From positions 1 through 64,000 of IMG/VR virus record IMGVR_UViG_3300028676_000005: a stretch of DNA of 64,000 bases; one strand, given 5' to 3'. The translations under genes and the position numbers were made by a program. Under the pieces are notes generated by a model. The model saw only the letters and a program-made list of their open reading frames with translations. It had not been told where the DNA came from and searched no databases. The first letter of the stretch is position 1. The number at the start of each line of letters is the position of its first letter. Positions 44,613 through 54,600 of this stretch are shown piece by piece.

Positions 44613-45521
44613 TCAGTAGAGAGTGTTTACGCGAACACGGTTGGTAAGGCGCATACCTTCGTAATACTCCGAATACATCCGCTCGCAAATTTGACCAACG
44701 GTGATGACGCCGGTGTTAGCCGCATCAAAACCTTTATTCTGAACATAACCTTTAGCGTTCATGCGATCGGTGGAGTCACGACGGAAGATAACTTCGTTAG
44801 GACCTTTACCAACAGCAGCAGGATAGAAGATAGTCAGATAGAAATCTTCCAGACGACGGTAGACCTTACCGCGCTTCTCCCACATTTCGAAATACTTGAA
44901 GACCAGGTCCAATTGTTCCAACTGCGACATGGCCTTAATTTGATCAAGGGTAAGACCCAGGTCAGTGGCGGCATCTTTACCAAACTGAATCAGACCAAAG
45001 TACTGAGCACCACCTTGATTCTGAATGGTAGGGCTGAAAGTACCAGCCGACTCAAACTTCATGCAAGCCATCAGGTCAGAACCAGCACGGGCCCAGTAAC
45101 CTTTCCTGCCAACCCAAGACTTAACTTTGGCCAGGAACTCAGCAGGCACCTTAGTGCTGTACGCCAGGTCATAACCGCGAATCTTGTTGTAAGCACGATA
45201 ACTGTTAAACACTTTGAGCAGGCCAGCGTTGCTACCCTCACCCCAAACACCGTCAATGTCACCGGAGTAAAGGTTCAACAGTTTCAGGTTACGTTGGATA
45301 ACCTTAATAGCTTCGCTACCATCATCCCAAGTAGCTGGGATGGGAAACGGAATGATCGGATGACGACCACCGTTAACACGTTGATTGTAATCAGTAAAAA
45401 TGGCGGTGGCAGCAACAACGCTACCTTTACCCCATTTGCCGTCAATTGATCCGGAGTAAAGGTCGCACTCTTGCGAGGCGACCTGAAAGTCCCGGATTGC
45501 ATTAAGCAATCGGTAATCCAT
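44613..45521 (-). CDS. Modular endolysin: two peptidoglycan-binding repeats plus an SLT/lysozyme-like domain
   Basis: Repeats YSGSIDGKWG and YSGDIDGVWG; catalytic MKFES...GLIQF motifs. Confidence 0.85.
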   Translation of the reverse strand: MDYRLLNAIRDFQVASQECDLYSGSIDGKWGKGSVVAATAIFTDYNQRVNGGRHPIIPFPIPATWDDGSEAIKVIQRNLKLLNLYSGDIDGVWGEGSNAGLLKVFNSYRAYNKIRGYDLAYSTKVPAEFLAKVKSWVGRKGYWARAGSDLMACMKFESAGTFSPTIQNQGGAQYFGLIQFGKDAATDLGLTLDQIKAMSQLEQLDLVFKYFEMWEKRGKVYRRLEDFYLTIFYPAAVGKGPNEVIFRRDSTDRMNAKGYVQNKGFDAANTGVITVGQICERMYSEYYEGMRLTNRVRVNTLY

Positions 45522-45524
45522 TGT

Positions 45525-48500
45525 TTATTTACCTCTGTAAATTCTTGCAGCCTGAAGAGAAACATCGGAAACCAGCTCACCGGTAACAGCCTCGTCACGC
45601 AAGCTGTTAACCATCCGGTTGAGTACACCCTTAAAGCTCTTCTTGACATCCACCCGCTTACCGCTCTTGGTATAAATAGCTTTAGGCATCACATAACCAG
45701 TGGTTGCCTTCATCTGATTGCCAAGAACGTATTTGTCAGCCGTTGTACTTCCGTCCAACGTCTCGATGTAGATGGTGATTGCAACCAGTCCAGGCGGGAT
45801 AACAGGTTTAGCTACGTTAAGGTTACTGTTGACAGCCCCAGTTACTGGCTTCTTGCCTTCAGTTTCCATGAAACGTTTACGCTTCTTGTCACCATCCTTA
45901 ACCAGTTTTGCAATTGTCTCGGACATCTCCTCAAAAGGGGAGTTGTATTTGACATCAATGTCCACAATGGTGCCGTGGTTCTTAGAGCGAATTTGGCGAA
46001 TGCCCAAACGGTTAATTTCGTTGGAAAGATCCTGTACCTCAGACGTACCGCCAAAAGCGGCGCTGTCTTCGATTTCGCATAAAATCGCATCATAATCGAC
46101 TTCGTCCCCAATCTTTACCCGCAAAGCAATCGAATGATTGGCCTGCATGGTAAATGGAACTGGGTTAAGGAACGGAGTGATGAAGATGGATGCAAGCTCA
46201 CGCGACATTGCAATGGAGTCTTCATACGTGTCTTGGTCTTCAACCATGGCAATACGAACCTGGTAACCTGTGAGCAAAACAACCTGCCCAGGGTTAAAAG
46301 GATCTCGCTTAAACCACTGCTCATCCCAACCAATAACGTCACCCTTCTTGAATTTGTCACCAACTTTAAGATCGGTAACACGGGTATGCCTGTGGTATTC
46401 ACCACTCGCTTCCCCAATAACAAATCCAAGAGGATACTTGTCGGTAGTGCCATCGGAATAAGTAACCAGCAACTGGTCTTTCTCAACACCCGTTACCTGG
46501 CCATGGTCATTGGCAACCTTGCTGTACAGTGTGGAGGTGCGGTGGGCCAATACAGAATCGTAGCCGGTACGCACGGTGCTCCACTCATAGTTGCTAGCAC
46601 TAACTGCTTGCGACCATTGCGTAGACACAAAGACTTGACGTTTAGAGTCATCCTTGGTAATAGAGGGTGACAGGTTACCAGTTACAGACATCAGCCCAGT
46701 GTAAGAAGGCTTACCGAGCATGTCCATGTTGCCACGGTAGTCTGCAATTAGAGGGTCACTGGTAGTGTAGGTTACAAACCCTACCTTACCACTATCTTTG
46801 TTAGCCTCACTGATCCGACCTTTGTAACTTGGAAGTTGAATACGAGCACGCTCTACAACAGTGATCTCGCTACGACCACCCGTACCACCAAAAGTGACCT
46901 CTTCCTGATCTTTACATTGGTGAACCGGGTTTACTTCTTCAACCAAGTTTACCGACGTATCGGTAATGATCTTCATGGTAACCGCGTCAGGGTTAATCTC
47001 AAGCTTGTACTTGCGATCAGTCCCTTTGTTGTTGTACTTCCGCACTGCCTCACAGAACTCGCCATACAGGTGACCTGCAAAGCGCTCATAGCCGACAATA
47101 CGTTGTTCTTCAAGCTCTACTTCGTTACGAGTCTGATCAGTCTCCAGCAGCTCTACAGCATCAAGCAGTAGGTAGTGCCAAGAATCGGCATACTTAAGAC
47201 GACGCAAAGCTTCTTTGGTAATCGGATCAACAAACAGGTCGTAAGTGTTCTTCATCTCTTTGAAATGACGAGCCTTAACTTTAGGGTCAGCCATGAGCGG
47301 GCCCCAGACACCATTGTTGTTCAAATCACTTTTGCTAAAGTTGCTGATGTTGCCAAGACCAACCAACCCACCAAAGATCATGGTGGCAAACTTTTCACGA
47401 CGATCAAAGATCAAATACTCATCGTTAAAGGTAATTGCGTATTCATCGCTTGCCAACTTAGGACGAGTCCCAGCTGGAACGCTACGAGTGGTGGCCTTAG
47501 TCACCTCAAGCAGTTTTGTGATACCAAAGTACCAACAAAGAACAACACCGATTGGAAACAGATAACCACTGATGTTAATGGATGCATATTCAAGAGGCGC
47601 CTTAGCCAACGTGAAACCCATTAACTCTTCAATAGTACCTACGTCCTCATCACCTTTAAAGATATTACCAAAGCTGTCGATAGTCAAAGGCTCTTTACCC
47701 TTAACACCGATCAGGAAACCATCTTTCTTCGTGAACTTGCTGAACTCAGGATGCTTCTCCAGTAATTCTGCCAATCGGAAGTCGAAGGTATAGTCTTTGG
47801 TTTTAATCCATTGGAAACGAGTAGCCAACGCACTGTAGATACGAGGGCTTGGATAGCTTTGATCAAACTGGCTACCACGGTTAAAAGTAAGGACCCCAGC
47901 TTCACCTTGTTTAAGAACCTGCTTACTCAGCCAGATCCCCAGGTCTTGGGCAACCTTCCGACTACGGGTAACCATAAAGCGGCTTGGGTAATAACTACTC
48001 AAAGCTACTTTAGCTCGACCAATCTTGCGAATTGGTTGCTCACGACGTTGCAGCTGCATGTGTGACTTAACACCGTCTACCGTAAAGGTAGCGTCATCCT
48101 GGACCGTAGGGAACCGAATAACGTGAGTGGATTGATCACCATTGACAGGGTGGAATTGAACGCTAAGAACGTCATACTCACCTTCAACACTGGTAACCGT
48201 TTCCAACTTAAAGTTGTTAAGTGCAACACCGGCGTTTTGAATGTTAACCGCCATAGCTGCGATGTCTTTATGCAGGAACTTCTTGGCATAGGTCTGTTTA
48301 AGCACCTTAGCTTTTGACTGAAGCATGCTCTCGTCAAGGATGGTGATAAACTCACCGGTAATCAAACCATCAGCTTTAAGCTCTTTCAGTTCCTCTGGGG
48401 ATACCTTCATGAACTCTTCAAGCGTTTGGCCGTTACCCATTTCAATATGCTTGAACTGAGTACCTTTTCGCATAAAGAACTGCTGCTCTGCAACACTAAG

Positions 48501-49976
48501 GTTACCAGTGGTGCGTGCACGTTCTTCCAGAGCTAGCGCGATGCCGTCTTCTGGAGATGCAAATGGATCTTCCTTAACGGAGATTTCTGCAACAGAAGTT
48601 TCCTGTTCCAGGAGCTTGTCGTCTACTGCCGAGTTCCATTCCGAATCACTCTCAACAATATCTCGACTTCCCTCGTCTCCTTGCTCATCATCTGGTGCTT
48701 TATCGCGTACGATATTTTTTGCGAGAGCAGCAAGAAGAGGATTGCCATGAGAATTATCATTGCCGCTCTCATCTTCGTTACTGACGTCGTCGTTAACCGT
48801 TCCTTCTTCTTGTCGGCTGCTTTCTTTTTCCTGGCGGCCTGTCTGTCCCTTAGCCAACGGGGTAGCTTGTGCTTCTCCATCTGAATCATCCTTGTCAGGG
48901 TTTTCCTTCTCTACCTCAGTGATGCCACCCTTAGAGAGATTCATCAGCGCAAGATAAAACCGTTTAGCTGCGTTTAACCGTTTAGGGTGACCCAAACGAC
49001 GACTCACAGTTTTCCTTTCGCTAGGTGCTTTTCCGGCAGCAACTAGCTTTTCGTTTTCTAGCGCATGAGCGATATCCGCTTCAGCTAACTTAGCCAGGAA
49101 CTTTTTATCGTTCTCTTGGTCAAGCCACTCTTTAATAGTACCCATGTTGACAACCAGGCAGCGGCTATCAAACACAAAGATGACGTGCAACGTGCGCAAT
49201 GCGTCATCGTCCAACTTGTCAAACAAACTGTACTCGTAATCACCAAAAGCAAAAGCCATGAAATCAAGAAGCCAGTAACTACCCTCTGCCTTGTTCATGC
49301 GAACAGTTTGGTTGCTTGGCACAGGACGTTTAGTGCTTAGGTTAAAGTTGCTGATGTAATGATCATAGTCGATCATCAAATCGTTAAACCCAGGAAACTT
49401 GATAGGCAAGTCAATGCGCATATACTGCATGCGCTGATTCATGCCAGGACGATTTACCTCAGTATTAATACCGTCCATCAAAGCGTTGAAATGGTTGTAA
49501 TACTTTTCGTAATTAACAAAGATACTTGGACGTTGCACAAACATCCGGTCAAACATGCCGTAACTCTTAACAATCAAGTTACGCTCTTTGTTATAAACGG
49601 TCTGGATCTCTTTAGTCCAGTTATAGTTGAAATGAGAAGCGCGATATGCTTGGATCGCTTTACGCGGTTCAAAAGGAATTACCCGGCCACTGCCCATTAC
49701 TGGATTGTAGTTAGGGACAAACTCCAGAAACACATCACCTTCAAAGTTACTTACAAATGCTTCGCTACGACTGGGACCTATCTCCAGAGGAGTATTAGGG
49801 AAATAGTGCAGCAGTGACATCCTTGGGAGAGTAATGTCACTAATCGACAAGAAGCGCGGGCTAACAAGCTCCTGCCGTTTACGCATCACGTACATGCGGT
49901 GGAACTGGGTATACAAAAGCGCTAACGCCTCGTCACCAGTCACCGCATTAAGCGCGGGATTCGTAGTCAGGTTCAT
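45525..49976 (-). CDS. Virion RNA polymerase beta subunit (N-terminal/major part, gp178-like)
   Basis: 1483 aa with beta motifs (DQEEVTFGGTGG, SEANKDSGKVG, QWSQAV, EDQDTYEDSI, GDKFKKGDVI, ADKYVLGNQMK) and an acidic linker. Confidence 0.88.
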   Translation of the reverse strand: MNLTTNPALNAVTGDEALALLYTQFHRMYVMRKRQELVSPRFLSISDITLPRMSLLHYFPNTPLEIGPSRSEAFVSNFEGDVFLEFVPNYNPVMGSGRVIPFEPRKAIQAYRASHFNYNWTKEIQTVYNKERNLIVKSYGMFDRMFVQRPSIFVNYEKYYNHFNALMDGINTEVNRPGMNQRMQYMRIDLPIKFPGFNDLMIDYDHYISNFNLSTKRPVPSNQTVRMNKAEGSYWLLDFMAFAFGDYEYSLFDKLDDDALRTLHVIFVFDSRCLVVNMGTIKEWLDQENDKKFLAKLAEADIAHALENEKLVAAGKAPSERKTVSRRLGHPKRLNAAKRFYLALMNLSKGGITEVEKENPDKDDSDGEAQATPLAKGQTGRQEKESSRQEEGTVNDDVSNEDESGNDNSHGNPLLAALAKNIVRDKAPDDEQGDEGSRDIVESDSEWNSAVDDKLLEQETSVAEISVKEDPFASPEDGIALALEERARTTGNLSVAEQQFFMRKGTQFKHIEMGNGQTLEEFMKVSPEELKELKADGLITGEFITILDESMLQSKAKVLKQTYAKKFLHKDIAAMAVNIQNAGVALNNFKLETVTSVEGEYDVLSVQFHPVNGDQSTHVIRFPTVQDDATFTVDGVKSHMQLQRREQPIRKIGRAKVALSSYYPSRFMVTRSRKVAQDLGIWLSKQVLKQGEAGVLTFNRGSQFDQSYPSPRIYSALATRFQWIKTKDYTFDFRLAELLEKHPEFSKFTKKDGFLIGVKGKEPLTIDSFGNIFKGDEDVGTIEELMGFTLAKAPLEYASINISGYLFPIGVVLCWYFGITKLLEVTKATTRSVPAGTRPKLASDEYAITFNDEYLIFDRREKFATMIFGGLVGLGNISNFSKSDLNNNGVWGPLMADPKVKARHFKEMKNTYDLFVDPITKEALRRLKYADSWHYLLLDAVELLETDQTRNEVELEEQRIVGYERFAGHLYGEFCEAVRKYNNKGTDRKYKLEINPDAVTMKIITDTSVNLVEEVNPVHQCKDQEEVTFGGTGGRSEITVVERARIQLPSYKGRISEANKDSGKVGFVTYTTSDPLIADYRGNMDMLGKPSYTGLMSVTGNLSPSITKDDSKRQVFVSTQWSQAVSASNYEWSTVRTGYDSVLAHRTSTLYSKVANDHGQVTGVEKDQLLVTYSDGTTDKYPLGFVIGEASGEYHRHTRVTDLKVGDKFKKGDVIGWDEQWFKRDPFNPGQVVLLTGYQVRIAMVEDQDTYEDSIAMSRELASIFITPFLNPVPFTMQANHSIALRVKIGDEVDYDAILCEIEDSAAFGGTSEVQDLSNEINRLGIRQIRSKNHGTIVDIDVKYNSPFEEMSETIAKLVKDGDKKRKRFMETEGKKPVTGAVNSNLNVAKPVIPPGLVAITIYIETLDGSTTADKYVLGNQMKATTGYVMPKAIYTKSGKRVDVKKSFKGVLNRMVNSLRDEAVTGELVSDVSLQAARIYRGK

Positions 49977-51595
49977 TTATGATTCCTCATGCCGCTGGTA
50001 GCAGCCTTCAATACAAACATCAATGGTTCGTTAACAGGGTCATACAGGAAATTCCCGTTACCACTGATGTAGTACTCACGTTTACCAAACAACTCTTTAG
50101 CCTGGTCTTTCGAGTCTTCTGCACAAAGAGAGTTGCTGTTCAAAGCATCGCCATCGTGGTCAGAGTCGAGACCTGCTTCACGGGTAGGGTCTACCGACAT
50201 TGCGTCAAAGTAATCAGGTTTGCCTTCCTTTACAGGATAACGTGGCAGATCGCCAATTACCTCTCCCGTTGTATCCAGGAGAACTCGACGTTTACTACCA
50301 ACCGTGGTCAGCAGGTTTACCTTAGCCGGGAAGATAGAACCAATACCAATGATTGGATAACGAGTCTGTTGACTCATTTGATTCCTGATAGCTGCCTGAC
50401 AAGACAAGTAGAACAACTCCATGTATGTGATCGGAGTTACTTTCTTCTTATCACGACCTGCTGGCAAATCATTGATGTCACTAAGCACCATTACTTCTTT
50501 GCCATCATCGTAGACAAGCGCCAGATAATGACCGCTAATAATGATTGGCTTGTTGCGTAAATTAACGTTAGAGAAACCGTTAAAAAGTTTACCAAGCCCG
50601 GTAGCCGTGGTCCATTTGTCCACAGTAGCCGGAAGTACCTCGGTGTACTCGTATTCCAGGGTTTTGGTGTTAACCAGTTTAGCCACCTGGTTACCAGCAG
50701 TAAATATCCCTTCCAGATAAGTAGTGGTCATCGCGTGAACACAAACATACTGGAAGTTCAGCAGAGCCTGCATGAGACCCATATCGACACTGTTAGGATC
50801 TACACCATCATCTTCAAAGAGAAACTCTCTGGAGACCTTACGTGCGGTAATAACGTTACGTGTGCCAGATACCACACCACGAGTCGACATACGACGTTGG
50901 AGGATACCGCCTTTACCGCCTTGAAGACCAAAGATGTAATGGTCGATCTCGTTAAAGGAGTTTTGGATACCCCAGCGTACAGCATCGTACAAAGGGTTCT
51001 CGGTGTCATCCTTGTTGGAGATACTAACCACCCGGGTACGGAACATCAACTTGCGGTAGTACTCGGTAATCTCTGGTTCGCTTGGTGCGCCGTTAGGCAT
51101 GAACTGGATATCGCGAATACCGGCAGGTGGAACGATCACCTTAGTGGTCAAGGCAATCTCACGAAACATGTTAACTGCTTTAACCTTTTGTTTACGACGT
51201 TGTGAATCTGTGGTCGTAACAACCAAGTCAAGAAAGTGACTGATAAAGAAACTATAACCAGTTTGACCTTCCAAGATGTTGGATTTTATGAAATCTTTGG
51301 ACTTTTCGTCCCATACCGCATATTCTGAACCTTTGAGAATTCCCAGATAGAGGGATTTGATTTGGCCCAGGGCCTTAAGGTATGTAGGGTTAAAGATTGG
51401 AAGTTTTACATCAATATACGCTTCTGTCTTATCCCGTTCCTTTGTGCCCATCTTTCCGAAGATTTCCAGGGAGTAAAGCCCTTCTTCGTTAAGGTTCTGG
51501 GTCATACCCTCAAAAGCATCTGTAGACGTCACAGGTTTAAAGATCCCAGGGACGATTGTCCTGGGGTCTAATAACGTTATGTTAGTGGGTTTCAT
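49973..51595 (-). CDS. Virion RNA polymerase beta' subunit with catalytic loop (gp180-like)
   Basis: GLYSLEIFG, VPPAGIRD, GGKGGILQRRM..R...GTRNVIT and the Mg-binding D-H-D-G-D. Confidence 0.88.
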   Translation of the reverse strand: MKPTNITLLDPRTIVPGIFKPVTSTDAFEGMTQNLNEEGLYSLEIFGKMGTKERDKTEAYIDVKLPIFNPTYLKALGQIKSLYLGILKGSEYAVWDEKSKDFIKSNILEGQTGYSFFISHFLDLVVTTTDSQRRKQKVKAVNMFREIALTTKVIVPPAGIRDIQFMPNGAPSEPEITEYYRKLMFRTRVVSISNKDDTENPLYDAVRWGIQNSFNEIDHYIFGLQGGKGGILQRRMSTRGVVSGTRNVITARKVSREFLFEDDGVDPNSVDMGLMQALLNFQYVCVHAMTTTYLEGIFTAGNQVAKLVNTKTLEYEYTEVLPATVDKWTTATGLGKLFNGFSNVNLRNKPIIISGHYLALVYDDGKEVMVLSDINDLPAGRDKKKVTPITYMELFYLSCQAAIRNQMSQQTRYPIIGIGSIFPAKVNLLTTVGSKRRVLLDTTGEVIGDLPRYPVKEGKPDYFDAMSVDPTREAGLDSDHDGDALNSNSLCAEDSKDQAKELFGKREYYISGNGNFLYDPVNEPLMFVLKAATSGMRNHK

Positions 51596-51620
51596 GTCTG
51601 AGACCTAATGGAGTTAAAGA

Positions 51621-54600
51621 ATGAGCGAATACGACGACATTGACAACGACTGGGGTGAAGATCCATTCGAAGGCGACATGGACTTCGACATGGACTTCGA
51701 TAGCCCCGGCAGCAAGAAAGGTTTCCTGCGCAGCGCTGTCAGCGGTTTCCTTGACGGTATCGTAGAGCGCACTATCGGTTCTACCGACGCTAAGATAAAC
51801 TCTTTAAAGCGGGTATTACCTGAAACTTGGGCTCCTGCGTTTCGCAACGTAAGAGAGTTTAATGACCGTGCTTCCGAGATCTTTGCCGACCTCAAGCAGA
51901 ATAGTTCTCAAACTGTAGACGACCTTCAATATCTGGCTTTGCGTGCCGCGAAGGCTGCTGGAAATAAGATCCCTAATAAAATCTCCGGAGCACTGTTAGG
52001 CTTTAGCCAACATGACTTCAGTGATTGGGACCAAACGTCCGCAGCTACTGACGATACTCCTCGAATGGGTGACACTACCAGCGAGGAAATCAAAGCGCTT
52101 ATTGATAGTGAAGATGCCAACTCAACATTATCTCGTGAAACGTTTAAAGCAGTTGGTAAGCAAACAGTTGACATGATGGCTCAGGTTGGCGGGCGCAGCA
52201 TTGCTGGCATGCACGCGATAACCCAAACCAACTTGCGCACTAATCAGTTGCTGGAACACCTGTTGGATTATCAACGCCGTGTTCAACAACGTACTGACAA
52301 CTTGCAGCTTTCCGTTGCAGCTCGTCAGTTGCTTACCAGCTCCAAGTATTACAAGTTCATGGAAGCAAGCCAGCACAGGTTGATTGAAGAGACTAAACTC
52401 ATTGTTAAGTACTCGCAACAATCTGATTACGAAAAGACCACTAACTCCCAAGCATTGAAACGTAACGTTCGGGAAACTGTGTTCAATACCGTCAAGAGCC
52501 GCTTTGGTGGCGCTGCTGACTACTTTGCTGACAAGTTCGGTAAAGATGCCCGTGATGACATTACCGGCAACCTGGGTGAGCTCACAGGCAGCCTGCGTAT
52601 GGTTGCTGAGATGACCGAAGGCATGCCAATCAATATTGGTAGCATGGCGGGTAACGCGGCAGCTGGCTTGTTCCTTAACAACATCCCCAAACTCATGGGC
52701 TCGGCAAAGGGTAAAGAGTACCTTGCCAAATTCAAGAAGCAATTTCCTGGATTGTCTAAATGGGCTGAAGATGCGTACATTCGTCTCGGTGATCTCGGTA
52801 ACGTAGCAAACTACGCAACTGGGAACATTGAAGAACTTGTTAACACCATGGCCAAGCATTATCAAGGTCAAGGTTTTGATGAAGCTTCTGAGATGACCTA
52901 TGAAGAATACGTTGACTCCGTACCCAAGGGCAAGAAGCCAATGCCTAAAGCGCAATGGTTTATTGCTAAGTCAGCTCGTGGCATGTTTAACAATGCATCC
53001 GGTAAAGTTCTGGATGAATTGTGGGTCGGTGGTAACACCAAGTACAGTCTTGCACAACGGACTCTTCGAGATAGCCATGAACAGGCTTATTGGAGTCGTC
53101 GCTCTGACCGTACTCTTAACGAGGAGATCCCTCGTTGGTTTGGTCTGTTGCACCAGTCGCTTGAAAAGATTCGTACTGGCAATGACGACACTGGGGTTGT
53201 TTCATACGACTACGTTAAGAACAAATTTGTAACTAGCCAGCAGAAAGCGGCTACCGTAACTAATGCCGTGTTTGACCATGGGCAGTTCTCTTCCCAGGCC
53301 AGCAACGCAATGAACTTTGCTAACTCAGTGGACAAGGAGGGATTGCTTACTCCTGACGCTAAACGCAAGCTTGCAATGCATCTGGCTAAAGACGCTGACC
53401 GTAAACTGGGCTTTAACCCGTATAACCTTCTTGACCTTGAAAACGAAGGCTACGATAAAAAGACAGCTGAAGCTATTAAACGAGCTGTAATGGCAACGTT
53501 TGATATCACTGACGAGCATGTTGATAAGTTCCGTAATGCTGACGACACAACTCGTTCTGCAATGCTGACGTACATGCCATCCGAGAAAGCTCGCAAGTTG
53601 TTGCCTGAGTTTGCTGATACCGCACGGTCACTGTCTACGTTCATGCCTGACATCACTAATGCCTTGGATACTTACAAGTCCGCTGGTTATTACGATGCCA
53701 TGAAGAACGCTGGTATCATTACCCCGGATAAAGACACCGGACAAGACGACATCTCTGAAGAGAAGTTCTGGAATGTGCTTGAAGAGTACATGAAAGACCC
53801 AAACAAAAAGCGTACGGTAGGAACAATACCTGATGCTGCTCCGGATAAAACCAGGGCTATGGGTGGCTTTGCTCCAAGTCTGAATCCGTTGCAAGATGCA
53901 ATGAACCCAATTGCCTCCAGAAAAATCCCGGAGTTTACATTCAAGCCTAAAGGCGAAGAAGAACCGGTACCTGTTAAGTTGATGGGTATGGAAGAATTAC
54001 TTAAGAGCTTTGATACACTTAAGGACGTCTCTCAAACTTTACAGCTTAGTTCGGCTGGTATGGACAAGATGAAGACCATGGATCTTACCCCGTTGAATAC
54101 TGGGATGGATCTGTTGGTTAAAGACGTTTCGCAGTTGTTGGCCTTGGCCCAGTCGCGTAACGACATTCTTACCAAAATTCAAGAGGGTGTCCCCAAGCCT
54201 AAAAAGGTTAACAAGGAAGATGAACAGAACATGCGTTCTGGTACTGCTCAGATCATGGACAAGATCAAGCAGTTCTCTTTCAAAGACTTCTACAACAAAG
54301 CGGTGGATACAGTTCTCCGTAATGAGCCATTGATTCTTGGCGGTTTGTTGGGTGGTCTTGCTGGTGTTGCTTTGCATAACCCTAAAGCTGCTGCATTGGT
54401 TGCCGGTGGTGCTGTAATCGCAACGGCCTATGGTAAACTACATTCCTTGGCTAAAGCTCGTGGACCAGACGATAACGAAGACCTTTACGAAGAAGGTGTA
54501 GACAAACCAATTCTGGAAGCTTGGAAATTGCAACGTGGCGATTACTACGATGCAACTAAAGGTTTCTTGATTAAGAGTTGGAAAGACATTAAGGGTAGCG

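Noticed and set aside
45525-51595. Inteins or introns in the RNAP and DNA polymerase genes
   Set aside because: The reading frames are continuous, with no HN/C-S-T junctions or LAGLIDADG motifs. The acidic insert in the beta subunit is a low-complexity linker.
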